Positions 20,123 through 30,466 of a DNA stretch of 64,000 nt are shown here, in pieces. The DNA lies in IMG/VR virus record IMGVR_UViG_3300029305_011567; one strand, given 5' to 3'. Both the position numbers and the translations under genes were made by a program. How positions within the stretch are numbered: position 1 is the stretch's first letter; each line of letters starts with the position of its first letter. Under the pieces are notes generated by a model that saw nothing but the letters and a program-made list of their open reading frames with translations, did not search any database and was not told the DNA's origin. Origin of the DNA: an uncultured virus (IMG/VR IMGVR_UViG_3300029305_011567). Taxonomy: Duplodnaviria > Heunggongvirae > Uroviricota > Caudoviricetes.

Positions 20123-21772
20123 ATGAAACATTTGTATAACACATACAGACCGAATAATCTTGACGAAATCAAAGGTCAGGAAGAAACGGTTGCTATTATG
20201 AAAGGTATTATTGATTCCGGCAACCTCCCGCACACGCTTCTTTTTGTAGGTGTGCGTGGAACCGGCAAGACCAGTATCGGACGTATTTTTTCGCGCTATG
20301 TAAATTGCGAACATCCGACACCGAACGGGCCGTGTAATGAGTGTGCCGCATGTCGTGAGATTTTAAATGAAAGCAGTATGGATGTGCTTGAATATGACGG
20401 TGCATCGAATAACAAGGTGGAGGATATTCACAAACTGATGGAGAGTGCAAAGTATGAGCCTGTCCGTAAGAAAAAGGTATTCATTATTGATGAGTGCCAT
20501 GCACTTACGACAGCAGCTTGGCAGTCGATTCTGAAAATTTTGGAAGAACCGCCCGCAAATACCATCTTTATTTTGTGTACGACCGAAGTTCACAAGGTAC
20601 CTGCAACCATTATCTCACGTTGCCGTACATTCTATTTCAAGCAGATTTCCGTGGAAGTGGTTAAAGAGCAGTTGTCCGAGATCTGCGCAAAAGAGTCTAT
20701 CTCTTTTGATGATGAAGGACTTGCTTTAATTGCCAAGGCTGCCAAAGGCAGTATGCGTGATGCTATTTCAATTTTGGAACAGTTCACTGTTTCTGGTGCA
20801 TCATGTGAGCGTGTCAGAAGCGTTCTTGGACTGACTTCTGAGGAATGTATCTTTGGTCTGCTTGACAGCATTATTCAGGGCAGGGCAGATATGGGCTTAT
20901 CCATTCTGCGCGATACTCTGAGTGCCGGAAAGGATGCGAAGCTGCTTGTGAAAGACTTAATTACCGCCCTTACGGATGTAGCGTATTTCATCCAGTCCGG
21001 CGATTATGATGAAATTCATAATACGGACAGTTATAAGGAAGCGGTAAAGGAATTGTCCTATAAGGTTTCCATTACGTCTTGCATTGATATGATTAAATCA
21101 TTCTCTGCTATGTATGCTGTGGCATCGAAAAGTGGTGAGATGGAGTTCTTACTCCAGACGAATATGTTAGAACTGATTCTGGAACATTCCGAGCTTTCCC
21201 TGTTGAAAGAACGGGTAAATGAACTGGAAAATATGGTTCGTAACATCAGTGCCGCGCCTGTTTTGGCTACTCCCGTAGTAACCGCACCCGCGCAGGCAAA
21301 TCCCGGCATGGTTATGGATGAAGCAGTTGCGACGTCGCAACCGCAAACACCTACCAATGCTACGACACCTCTTTTTGCTGAGAATGATAGTAGTGATACT
21401 AAATCAGTATCAGATGATTTTGGCGACTTTTCACCTGCGGATGATGGTATTCCGTTTGGGGATGATATGCCGAGTGCATTGTCGCTTGGTTTATCCGGTG
21501 GCTTATTAGGAAAGGCAAAGGTTTGTGGTACGGTTGATTTATTTGGTGGCGCTGCCAACGAAGAAGCACCTACACAGCCTATGGTTACACCTGCTGCCAC
21601 ACCGCCTGTTACGAATGTACCCGCTACAAGCGCGGAAGTTCCCACGCAGAAGCCGACAGCGCCGCCCGTAGCACCCGAACCGGAACCTGAACCGGCAGTC
21701 CCTTCGGAAGAAGAAACGGACTTCTTTGGAGATACGGATGTATTCTCCCAAGGTGCCAGTTGTTTCTTTTGA
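20123..21772 (+). CDS. dnaX: DNA polymerase III gamma/tau
   Basis: YRP, Walker A GVRGTGKTS, Zn-binding cysteines, DECH, SRC. Confidence 0.95.
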   Translation: MKHLYNTYRPNNLDEIKGQEETVAIMKGIIDSGNLPHTLLFVGVRGTGKTSIGRIFSRYVNCEHPTPNGPCNECAACREILNESSMDVLEYDGASNNKVEDIHKLMESAKYEPVRKKKVFIIDECHALTTAAWQSILKILEEPPANTIFILCTTEVHKVPATIISRCRTFYFKQISVEVVKEQLSEICAKESISFDDEGLALIAKAAKGSMRDAISILEQFTVSGASCERVRSVLGLTSEECIFGLLDSIIQGRADMGLSILRDTLSAGKDAKLLVKDLITALTDVAYFIQSGDYDEIHNTDSYKEAVKELSYKVSITSCIDMIKSFSAMYAVASKSGEMEFLLQTNMLELILEHSELSLLKERVNELENMVRNISAAPVLATPVVTAPAQANPGMVMDEAVATSQPQTPTNATTPLFAENDSSDTKSVSDDFGDFSPADDGIPFGDDMPSALSLGLSGGLLGKAKVCGTVDLFGGAANEEAPTQPMVTPAATPPVTNVPATSAEVPTQKPTAPPVAPEPEPEPAVPSEEETDFFGDTDVFSQGASCFF

Positions 21773-21914
21773 AGCAGACTATAAAGAAATCCGAGATATG
21801 CTGATTGCAAAAAAGCTGGAGCATATACCAATCGTAGCAAATATGATACGGCAGATTGACGCTGCGTTGAGTCGTATCTGTAAGAAGGAGGTTGAAAGCC
21901 ATGAGGTATCATAA
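21738..21914 (+). CDS. Small hypothetical protein bridging dnaX and nrdG
   Basis: GGAG RBS before ATG; overlaps both neighbours. Confidence 0.4.
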   Translation: MYSPKVPVVSFEADYKEIRDMLIAKKLEHIPIVANMIRQIDAALSRICKKEVESHEVS

Positions 21915-22392
21915 TATTACAATGGATGATATGAAAAATGGGGACGGTCTTAGGACTGTCCTCTGGGTAAGCGGATGCTCTCATCATTGTAAGGATTGTC
22001 ATAATCCGATTACATGGAATCCTGAAATTGGACTTCCTTTTGATGAATGGGCGAAAGCTGAACTTATGATGAATCTTGCAAAGCCTTGGATTGAAGGAAT
22101 TACCTTTTCCGGCGGTGATCCTCTTTTTGAAGATAACCGTGAAACAGTAGGAAATCTGATTTCCTTTATCCGTACCAATTACCCGGATAAAAATATCTGG
22201 GTGTATACCGGTTACTGCTTTGAAGATTTGTCAGACCTTCCATTTTTAAAAGATATTGATGTCTTGGTGGATGGTCGGTATGAATGCGATAAACGGGACG
22301 TGGCATTAAAGTGGCGCGGTTCCATGAACCAGCGTGTCATTGATGTAAAAATGTCCCTTGAAACAGGCAAAGTCGTACTTCATTGCGACTAG
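21901..22392 (+). CDS. nrdG: Anaerobic ribonucleotide reductase activase
   Basis: NGDGLRTVLWVSGCSHHCKDCHN radical SAM motif; adjacent to nrdD. Confidence 0.95.
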   Translation: MRYHNITMDDMKNGDGLRTVLWVSGCSHHCKDCHNPITWNPEIGLPFDEWAKAELMMNLAKPWIEGITFSGGDPLFEDNRETVGNLISFIRTNYPDKNIWVYTGYCFEDLSDLPFLKDIDVLVDGRYECDKRDVALKWRGSMNQRVIDVKMSLETGKVVLHCD

Positions 22393-22405
22393 AAAGGAGA
22401 TTGCC

Positions 22406-24589
22406 ATGTGTAAGGTATTTGTTGTAAAAAAAGATGGTACATTACAGCCGTATTGTACTGAAAAAATCGTAAATGCCGTGACAAAATCCGCAAGCCGCGC
22501 AATGGTTACTTTTTCTGATGAAGAAATGAAAGCCATTACCGACTCTGTAATGGGCTATGTAAACGAGCATTACGGTAACGCACAGGACACCATTCATGTA
22601 CCGATAGCTTTTATGCATAACTCCGTTGAGAGTTCTTTGGAACGTATCAATCCGGCAGTTGCGAAAAGTTATCGTGATTACAGAAATTATAAGCAGGACT
22701 TTATTCATCTGATGGACGATACTTACCGCTTCGCGCAGAAAGTGATGTATGTCGGGGATAAGGAGAACAGCAATGCTGATTCTGCTATGGTTTCTACGAA
22801 ACGGAGTCTGATTTTTAACCATTTCAATAAGGAACTTTACCAGAAGTTCTTTATGACTACCGAAGAGATCCAGGCATGTCGTGACGGTTATATCTACGTG
22901 CATGATATGAGTGCCAGAAGAGATACCATGAACTGCTGTTTATTTGATATCTCCAGTGTCTTAAACGGTGGCTTTGAAATGGGTAATATCTGGTACAATG
23001 AGCCGAAAACATTGGATACTGCATTTGATGTTATCGGAGATATTGTACTGAGTGCTGCTAGTCAGCAATATGGAGGTTTTACCGTTCCAAACATTGATAG
23101 AGCACTTGCGCGTTATGCGGAAAAATCCTATCAGTTGTATTTTAAGGAAGCACTTTCACTTGGTTGTGAGGAACCTGCTGCCGAGTCTTATGCGTATACT
23201 AAAACCGCAAAAGAAATGGAACAGGGCTTTCAGGGATGGGAATACAAGTTTAACACGGTTGCATCTTCCCGCGGAGATTATCCGTTCATTACTCTTACTT
23301 TTGGTAATGGTATTGGAAAATGGGAAGTCCTTGCATCTAAGACCTGCCTGCGTGTGCGTAGGGAAGGACAGGGCAAGAAAGGCTATAAAAAGCCTGTTTT
23401 GTTTCCGAAGCTGGTATTCTTATACGACGAAGCACTTCACGGCCCCGGCGGTATTTTGGAAGAAGTTTTTGAGGAAGGTATATTAACCTCTTCAAAAACT
23501 ATGTATCCGGACTGGTTAAGTCTTACCGGCGATGGTTATGTAGCTTCTATCTACAAACAGTACGGTGTTGAAATCTCTCCGATGGGTTGCAGAGCTTTTC
23601 TTTCCCCGTGGTGGGAGAGAGGTGGTCTGTATAAAGCGGATGAGGATGATAAGCCCGTGTTTGTAGGACGCTTTAATATCGGCGTTGTTTCATTACATCT
23701 GCCGATGATCCTTGCGAAAGCAAATAAGAGCGGTAAGAGCTTTTATGAGGAACTGGATTATTACCTTGACTTAATCCGGAAACTGCATCTGCGTACCTAT
23801 GATTATCTGGGTGAAATGCGGGCAAGCTGCAATCCGCTGGCATACTGCGAAGGCGGTTTTCTTGGCGGACACTTACAGCTGACCGATAAGATTGCACCGG
23901 TTCTTGATTCTGCAACAGCATCTTTTGGAATCACGGCTTTGAACGAGCTTCAGATGCTTTATAATAAACGCTCACTTGTTGAAGAGGGACGCGCTTACTT
24001 AAAGGCTATGGAGCGTGGTGAGGAGTATTCTTACTTCGCAAAAGAAGTTATGGAATACATCAATGCAAAGATTGATGAGTTCAAGAGAGAAGATGGCAGA
24101 TTGTATGCTATCTACGGTACACCTGCGGAAAACCTTTGTGGTTTACAGGTGAAGCAGTTCCGTGCGAAATATGGTATTATTAAGGGCGTTTCTGATAAGA
24201 CTTATGTATCAAATTCGTTCCACTGCCATGTGAGTGAAGAAATCAATCCTACGGAAAAGCAGGATTTGGAATCTGTTTTCTGGAATTATTTCAACGGTGG
24301 TAAAATCCAGTATGTCAGATATCCGGTTGATTACAACATCAATGCAGTACGTTCTTTAGTCAGACGTGCAATGAAGATGGGTTATTATGAAGGTGTAAAC
24401 CTTTCCTTAGCCTACTGTGATGATTGCGGTCACAAAGAACTGGAAATGGATACGTGCCCGAAATGTGGCAGCCGTAACCTGACAAAGATTGACCGTATGA
24501 ACGGTTATCTGTCATACTCAAGAGTACATGGTGATTCAAGATTATCCGACCACAAGATGGATGAGATTGCAGACCGTGTATCTATGTAA
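22406..24589 (+). CDS. nrdD: Anaerobic ribonucleoside-triphosphate reductase
   Basis: ATP cone VVKKDG, PMGCR, TPAENLC, CxxC..CxxC, RMNGY glycyl-radical motif. Confidence 0.97.
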   Translation: MCKVFVVKKDGTLQPYCTEKIVNAVTKSASRAMVTFSDEEMKAITDSVMGYVNEHYGNAQDTIHVPIAFMHNSVESSLERINPAVAKSYRDYRNYKQDFIHLMDDTYRFAQKVMYVGDKENSNADSAMVSTKRSLIFNHFNKELYQKFFMTTEEIQACRDGYIYVHDMSARRDTMNCCLFDISSVLNGGFEMGNIWYNEPKTLDTAFDVIGDIVLSAASQQYGGFTVPNIDRALARYAEKSYQLYFKEALSLGCEEPAAESYAYTKTAKEMEQGFQGWEYKFNTVASSRGDYPFITLTFGNGIGKWEVLASKTCLRVRREGQGKKGYKKPVLFPKLVFLYDEALHGPGGILEEVFEEGILTSSKTMYPDWLSLTGDGYVASIYKQYGVEISPMGCRAFLSPWWERGGLYKADEDDKPVFVGRFNIGVVSLHLPMILAKANKSGKSFYEELDYYLDLIRKLHLRTYDYLGEMRASCNPLAYCEGGFLGGHLQLTDKIAPVLDSATASFGITALNELQMLYNKRSLVEEGRAYLKAMERGEEYSYFAKEVMEYINAKIDEFKREDGRLYAIYGTPAENLCGLQVKQFRAKYGIIKGVSDKTYVSNSFHCHVSEEINPTEKQDLESVFWNYFNGGKIQYVRYPVDYNINAVRSLVRRAMKMGYYEGVNLSLAYCDDCGHKELEMDTCPKCGSRNLTKIDRMNGYLSYSRVHGDSRLSDHKMDEIADRVSM

Positions 24590-24650
24590 CGATAAGAAGT
24601 AGAGTAAGTGTTATCTTGCTCTACTTCTTAGTTATAAGAGGAGGTCTTTT

Positions 24651-25037
24651 ATGGGTAATTATCCAAAAAAAGAAGATGTTGCTTCCAATTTACGGAGTTT
24701 CCGCGAATTGAGAAAAATGAGCCAAAAGGAACTTGCCACAAGGTTAGGCGTTTCCCCAAATTGCATCTATAATTGGGAAAACTGTGTTAGCTGCCCTTCC
24801 TTAGAAAATCAGTTTGAAATGTGTGAGATTCTTGATATTTCCATTACTGATTTATTTGGCATGGAACCTTCCGAGTCCCTAACACCTGCTGAAAGGGTAT
24901 TGATTCGCAAATACCGTATGCTGGACAAACGTGGCGTAAGCACAGTTAATACCGTGCTGGATGTGCAGTACCAGCAATCAGTAAGGCGAGAAGCACCGGA
25001 AGAACAGCTTCATGTACTGGCATCCCGTTTGGTGTAA
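24651..25037 (+). CDS. XRE-family HTH regulator
   Basis: MSQKELATRLGVS...IYNWE. Confidence 0.9.
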   Translation: MGNYPKKEDVASNLRSFRELRKMSQKELATRLGVSPNCIYNWENCVSCPSLENQFEMCEILDISITDLFGMEPSESLTPAERVLIRKYRMLDKRGVSTVNTVLDVQYQQSVRREAPEEQLHVLASRLV

Positions 25038-25119
25038 CACAACATAATTTCATATGGAACAATAAATCGTAGGAGAACAGAATTGTTTTCCTATTTTTTA
25101 TCAGAAGGAGGATTTTTAT

Positions 25120-25602
25120 ATGGTTATTTTTTTATTTGCTAATCAGACTTACAAAGCATTTGTTGATGGTGACAATGATTCGGCGCTGGCGTTTTTTCAT
25201 GGTCTTTCCGAAGACGAAAAGGAAAGCTGCCGTATTCTTGTTGCGGATTATGACAACAAATCGTTCGTGCAGCCGGAGTTATTCGACATTCCCATCGGCA
25301 CTGAGGTTTTCGATAAGGACAATCGGGTGTTTGGTACGATTACCAAACGCTATACACCGAATGATTCTGGTGTGCGTTACCAGATTACCGATAAGAGCGG
25401 TCACCATACCTACACCTATCATAATTTGATTGAATTGTTGGATATGAGTGAGCGGTATCCGGTTTCTTTGCAGAAGTGCCGGGGATGCGATATGTGTTCC
25501 AAAGTAACACATACACCTACCTACCAGCCGTTACCTTTATCAAAGCAGTATTATCAGTGTCTTGCCGGAGTGGAAGATACGTGTGGCGAACAGGAGGGCT
25601 AG
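25120..25602 (+). CDS. Hypothetical protein
   Basis: AGGAGG RBS, C-terminal cysteines. Confidence 0.6.
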   Translation: MVIFLFANQTYKAFVDGDNDSALAFFHGLSEDEKESCRILVADYDNKSFVQPELFDIPIGTEVFDKDNRVFGTITKRYTPNDSGVRYQITDKSGHHTYTYHNLIELLDMSERYPVSLQKCRGCDMCSKVTHTPTYQPLPLSKQYYQCLAGVEDTCGEQEG

Positions 25603-25605
25603 TGT

Positions 25606-25914
25606 ATGGAAGGAGATAAGATGCGTATGCTGTATCAGCATATCAAACCGCTTTACCCTACGCTTGGTTTTGACGGTCTTAATAAGCGTCTGAACGGATG
25701 TAATACAACCAAAACCAGAACGTCACGCACTTTCGATGTATATTACGAAAACGAATGGTTCTGTGTATGGGAAGATGAAGACGGCATTGCTGTTGGTGAG
25801 ATCTACCGATTGTCAATCAACATGGCAGTCCAGCACTTCTTTGCCCGGTTAAGGCTTTCGTTTAGAAAAATCGTGAGTAGCCATACAAGAGTGAACTTAA
25901 CAGGAGGAAAATAA
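25606..25914 (+). CDS. Hypothetical protein
   Basis: Operonic spacing, RBS. Confidence 0.5.
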   Translation: MEGDKMRMLYQHIKPLYPTLGFDGLNKRLNGCNTTKTRTSRTFDVYYENEWFCVWEDEDGIAVGEIYRLSINMAVQHFFARLRLSFRKIVSSHTRVNLTGGK

Positions 25915-25915
25915 T

Positions 25916-26263
25916 ATGAGGTTTTTTAGGAATAAACTTAAAGACAGACAGTATTATATTAACAAATTTGAAAACTTGTATAACAAATGTCTGGCTGAAG
26001 CCGAAATAGAGTGTGAAATCGCATACGATAAAAGACTATCTGAGGACGATACAGTGCGCCATGCAGATATATCGGCAATGGCGGATGGTTTATTTAACGA
26101 ATGCGCTACGGCAAAGCATATTGTAGGATATTATCTTTATTGGTATGGCGATTCTGCATTATCAACATGGAAAAGTAATCTTTCATATGCAAAAGCAGAA
26201 AATGATACTGATAAAGAGGTAACAAGAGTTTTAACTAAACTAACAAAATGGAGGAAGGTGTAA
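25916..26263 (+). CDS. Hypothetical protein
   Basis: GGAGG RBS. Confidence 0.6.
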   Translation: MRFFRNKLKDRQYYINKFENLYNKCLAEAEIECEIAYDKRLSEDDTVRHADISAMADGLFNECATAKHIVGYYLYWYGDSALSTWKSNLSYAKAENDTDKEVTRVLTKLTKWRKV

Positions 26264-26277
26264 GGAGGTTTTGAACG

Positions 26278-26439
26278 ATGAAAACAATAAGAGAGTTTTG
26301 GAACGATTTTGATGGAATTGTAGATTTCTTTAATAAGAATGGAGAGGAAATTGATGATATGGACTATCCATTAGAAACAGAAATCTTAGAAGAAAAAGAA
26401 ACAAGCACTGGATATTGGCAAGTAGTATTGAATGTGTAG
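26278..26439 (+). CDS. Small acidic hypothetical protein (53 aa; not in ORF track)
   Basis: AAGGAGG RBS then MKTIREFWNDFDGIVDFF... Confidence 0.55.
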   Translation: MKTIREFWNDFDGIVDFFNKNGEEIDDMDYPLETEILEEKETSTGYWQVVLNV

Positions 26440-26480
26440 TAATAAAAGAGTGATTTTAAGACAGAAATGGAGGAACGGAT

Positions 26481-26915
26481 ATGAGTACGCGAGCAATTAT
26501 AGGTATTGAAAATGCAGATGGTAGTATTAGAGGCGGTTGGCAGTGGAATGACGGCAAAGGGTTGTTGCCATTGCTACAATCGCAATTTAACACTCCGGAT
26601 AAGATACATGCCTTGATTTCAAACGGGGTTTGGAATAATATGGTATCACCATATGATACGGCCCGATTAGCGCATTTTACAGAATTTACCAAGAGAAAAG
26701 ACAGTGATTACTATATTGTGCCTGTGGGAAAATGTTATTTACTTAAAGAACGGCCCAATGATAACGCTGAGTTCTGTTTTGGCGGTGATGATGGTATTAC
26801 TGTAAATTCTGATGGTTCTATGACATTTGAAAGTTTTGTATGTGCATATGGTCAGGATATCAATTTTCTTTATTTATTTAAACCCGATACATCTACATGG
26901 CTTGTGTTTCAATAA
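26481..26915 (+). CDS. Phage/plasmid-type hypothetical protein
   Basis: MSTRAIIGI...DG N-terminus typical of mobile-element proteins; GGAGG RBS. Confidence 0.65.
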   Translation: MSTRAIIGIENADGSIRGGWQWNDGKGLLPLLQSQFNTPDKIHALISNGVWNNMVSPYDTARLAHFTEFTKRKDSDYYIVPVGKCYLLKERPNDNAEFCFGGDDGITVNSDGSMTFESFVCAYGQDINFLYLFKPDTSTWLVFQ

Positions 26916-27132
26916 CTTGCTCATTCTTAAAAAGGTAGTCTTGGAAAGTCGCTTTATCGCTTGGTAAAGTGTGCTTGAATGGTCTGGAAGTTACGCAACG
27001 TAGCTCCAGACCATTCTTTTTTTGCGTAAATATAGCGCCTGATACTGAATTTGTATCGAACTTACGTTTGCATATATGATAGTTATGTGATATAATATAT
27101 ATTGTTAAGAAAAGAATCGCGGAGGAGTTTGT

Positions 27133-27600
27133 ATGAAAAAGGGAAAATATTATTTGACTGATTTGGAACGGCTGGGAGCATCCTTTATTTATGAAAAAGT
27201 GGTTTTGAAAGATTTATCCGGAACGCATTACTCCGGTATGCTTATGATGAACGGAAAAATGTATCGTTCGTGTGTCGTGCGTAATCTGTTTGGGACAGGC
27301 TATTTGTCCGGCATTGTTGAAGATAACCCAAGCAGTCGCAGTAATCGTGATGAAATTCATAAATATATTATGGACCGTATTGCATCGGGAGAGTGCCCGG
27401 AATTTGAAAAAGCTGCTCTTAATAGAACTGTGCAAAAATTTTTATTTAAGATACTGTTTTTGATATGCCTTATTTTTTCCATTTTCTTCGGCGCACAGCT
27501 CCATAAATATCCGTGTCGCGACGCTTTTATTTCATTTATTTTACCTGTTATCTGTTGTATTGTTTCTGTACGTGCCTACATAGGAGCGTGCCGAATTTAA
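27133..27600 (+). CDS. Membrane protein, paralog of 31032-31517
   Basis: Two C-terminal TM helices; shared D.ER.G..YEK...G.L..NGK...V.R.L.G motif. Confidence 0.6.
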   Translation: MKKGKYYLTDLERLGASFIYEKVVLKDLSGTHYSGMLMMNGKMYRSCVVRNLFGTGYLSGIVEDNPSSRSNRDEIHKYIMDRIASGECPEFEKAALNRTVQKFLFKILFLICLIFSIFFGAQLHKYPCRDAFISFILPVICCIVSVRAYIGACRI

Positions 27601-27617
27601 AAAGGAGTGTGGATATT

Positions 27618-28526
27618 ATGAGAGAACCAAGTGAATATTTACAATCAGATACTCTGGATATGATTCAGACATTCTTATTGACTTGCAAACAGAGCCGAAC
27701 TAGGACTTCTTATTTTTCATGCCTTAATATTATCTGTGATTTTTGTCATAAGGATTTCTTAGAAATTGATTATGAGGATGCGCGAGCATTCTTTGATAAT
27801 ATGCAGTCCCAGTATTATAATCAAAGTATCACGCATGGTACAATATGTGTACGCCTTTCTTGCTATAATTCCTTTGCAAAGTTTGTAATGCGTAATTATC
27901 CGGAATGTGAATATAAAAACCCGTTTTTGCTGATTCCTCGTCCTGTCATTGACACGAAAATCAATCCGCGCCGCATTCCGTCGCTTACGGAACTGGATTC
28001 AGTGCTGACAACGGCAAAATCCATGTCGTCCATGTACTATGTGATTCTGATATTTGCGCTGCGCATGGGCTTATCTATTTCAAAGATTGTTAGCATAAAA
28101 AAGAGTCAGATTCTCTGTGAAGCAGCAGGCATGTTTTTATACTTACCAGCAAGTGACAGTACTAAAAATGACTTGTATGTAAAGGTTCCGGAAGATGTTC
28201 GTCAGGTTCTTGAAGATTACATTGCTAATATACCTTTTTCGGATGAAGAAGGTCACATCTTCTATAATAAATGGAATAATCCATTATCTATCAAAAATGC
28301 CGACGAATTTATCCGCGTGATTATGAGCAAGAGTGACGTTCTTGGCAAGTATACAATCAAAGATCTCCGTAGTCGTGCCATATTGGATATGGTTGAAGCT
28401 GGTGCCGATACCGAATCCATTGCAACATACACCGGATTGTCTAATATGCGTGTGCAACAGTTTTGTAATGCCAGCGGTATTGTTGGTGCTTGTCCTGCGG
28501 AACTTGTCAATTTACGTGTTGTGTGA
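27618..28526 (+). CDS. Tyrosine recombinase/integrase-like protein, catalytic residues degenerate
   Basis: SAM-like N-domain; ALRMGLSISKI, TIKDLRSR, GADTESIATYTGL...VQQF. Confidence 0.75.
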   Translation: MREPSEYLQSDTLDMIQTFLLTCKQSRTRTSYFSCLNIICDFCHKDFLEIDYEDARAFFDNMQSQYYNQSITHGTICVRLSCYNSFAKFVMRNYPECEYKNPFLLIPRPVIDTKINPRRIPSLTELDSVLTTAKSMSSMYYVILIFALRMGLSISKIVSIKKSQILCEAAGMFLYLPASDSTKNDLYVKVPEDVRQVLEDYIANIPFSDEEGHIFYNKWNNPLSIKNADEFIRVIMSKSDVLGKYTIKDLRSRAILDMVEAGADTESIATYTGLSNMRVQQFCNASGIVGACPAELVNLRVV

Positions 28527-28629
28527 TAATCTTAGATAAGACGTTTGTGCTAAACATAAATAAGGGTTTAAGGCTATTTGCCCGACTTTGTGATTCTCAA
28601 TTGTCGACATGAGTTTTTCTCTTATTTTT

Positions 28630-28730
28630 GATTTTTCAAGAATAACTAAAATATAACTAAAATATTTGAGTTATAATTTGAGTTATTCTTGAAATATCTC
28701 AAATATTTTAGTTATATTTTAGTTATTTAC
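28630..28730. repeat. Cluster of ATAACTAAAAT / ATTT(T/G)AGTTAT direct and inverted repeats
   Basis: Motif read directly about 6 times in both orientations. Confidence 0.8.
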
Positions 28731-28964
28731 TATAAAATTTTGGAATACTTTAGTACAGTAACGCGGTAGCGCATTGCTGTATCACTTCGCTAAAGCATAA
28801 TTTAACGAATAGTTAGTGCTTTTTTTTGCCGAGACAACTGAAAAATTTTTCAGCAACATTTTAGCCAAAAGTTGTCAATTGACATATTTTTGCCACATAT
28901 AATGACAACATTCCTCATAAATGACATATATATAAATTTTATAATAGATTTTTATTTAATCATA

Positions 28965-29013
28965 TTGACAACAAAACGACACATATCTGTCATATGTGTC
29001 GTTTTGTTGTCAA
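28965..29013. repeat. Perfect 22-bp inverted repeat with 5-nt loop
   Basis: TTGACAACAAAACGACACATAT ctgtc ATATGTGTCGTTTTGTTGTCAA. Confidence 0.9.
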
Positions 29014-29343
29014 ATCTTATATTTATATACGACGTTGAATGCCAAAAAACAATTTACAAAAGTGAACTTTATTTTGTGACATATGAAGAAAATCTGGTTC
29101 ATTCATTCTTATAATCTCGATATTTACTTTTTTTTCAATGAACCAAAATTACTTCATTTGACATTTTGTATCAAATATGGCTTTTAGTCCGTGTTTTGGG
29201 GATTTATACCAGTTGAAAATGAACTTTGTTTTTCTTTCTGTTTTGAGGTATAAAAGATTCTAGGTCTATATATTATTAAATGAACCAAAATTATTTCATA
29301 CGACAATATATGGACTTAGAATCTTTTATATTTTCTTATAATA

Positions 29344-30408
29344 TGTAGGTTTGTCAAACATTTGTTACACCCGATGCCAAATAATCCTGTAGCACTTGAT
29401 TGGGTGTTTTCCATCCAAGCGGTCTCATGGGGAAATGGTTGTAATCCCTGCGGTTATACACTTTCAGTTGGTGTGCGAAGTCTTTAAAAGAATAGAAAGA
29501 ATGTGTGGCATAGAAGCGTTCATTATCCTTTCTGTGGCTTCTTTCAACTTTGCCATTATGTCTTGGTGTAAAAGGACGAATTACTTTGTGCCTGATTCCA
29601 TAACGCTCCAAATGAACCTGAAACATGGTCGGTTTATCACGGTGAGTAGTAAATCGGTTCGTGAATTCCGTACCGTTATCGGTTTGGATACACGCAATAG
29701 GAAGAGGGAATGCCTTTACCAGATGATCCACGAACATGGCAGAAGAATAAGTGTTATGTTCTTCAAAAGCTTCGACAAAACGCCATCTGGAATATTCGTC
29801 AATGGCAGTATACTGAAAGAACTGCTTGCCGATCACCTTGCTGTTAACAAGGCATGCAGAAGGAACAAACTTTACATCAACCTGTATACGCTGACCGGGA
29901 TAATTCATTGTTTCATAAGGCTTGGGAATATACTTTGGGTTAGCAGGATGAACTGCCATAATACCCTGTTTACGAAGGAAACGATATAGTCCCGGAATGG
30001 AACGGGAATAACCACGCTGCATGAGTTTTACCCAAAAGACAACAAGACCGGCATCGGGGTTTCGTCTGCGCATATCCATGATGAGTTTCATTTCCTCAGG
30101 AGTATGCTGATTAGGATGGTGATGAGGTCTGCGTGATTTTTCACGCAAGGACTCTATAGAGCCATCGTAACGGCGTTTCCAACGATAAATATATTGCCTG
30201 TTGGTTTTGTACTTGATGGCAGCTTTGGTGACACCAAATTTTTCAGCGTATTTAATAAGCGATAGACGATATCTCATATCCTGTGTTATACTAGCCATGC
30301 GGGGAAGCTCCTTTATGTTTTTTGTTTTGTGGTGATTCAAATATAACACAAAGAGCGTATCCTCGCTTTTTAATTATTCAGTTGTAACACATGTATTGTA
30401 ATCCTACA
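29344..30408 (-). mobile_element. IS481-family insertion sequence
   Basis: 26-bp imperfect terminal IRs starting TGTAGG; single DDE ORF; 25-bp flanking direct repeat. Confidence 0.88.
29354..30298 (-). CDS. IS481-family DDE transposase
   Basis: N-terminal HTH; QVDVK, QTDNGTEF, NGKVERSH. Confidence 0.92.
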   Translation of the reverse strand: MASITQDMRYRLSLIKYAEKFGVTKAAIKYKTNRQYIYRWKRRYDGSIESLREKSRRPHHHPNQHTPEEMKLIMDMRRRNPDAGLVVFWVKLMQRGYSRSIPGLYRFLRKQGIMAVHPANPKYIPKPYETMNYPGQRIQVDVKFVPSACLVNSKVIGKQFFQYTAIDEYSRWRFVEAFEEHNTYSSAMFVDHLVKAFPLPIACIQTDNGTEFTNRFTTHRDKPTMFQVHLERYGIRHKVIRPFTPRHNGKVERSHRKDNERFYATHSFYSFKDFAHQLKVYNRRDYNHFPMRPLGWKTPNQVLQDYLASGVTNV

Positions 30409-30466
30409 GAATCTTTTATATTTTCTTATAATATATCTTGATTTTCTGTCCGTTTTCCTTCATAAT

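Noticed and set aside
21058..22002. 314-aa antisense ORF over dnaX
   Set aside because: Shadow of the Pro/Ala/Thr-rich dnaX tail; no motifs
28872..29114. 80-aa ORF in the AT-rich repeat region
   Set aside because: TTG start, no RBS, runs through a perfect inverted repeat
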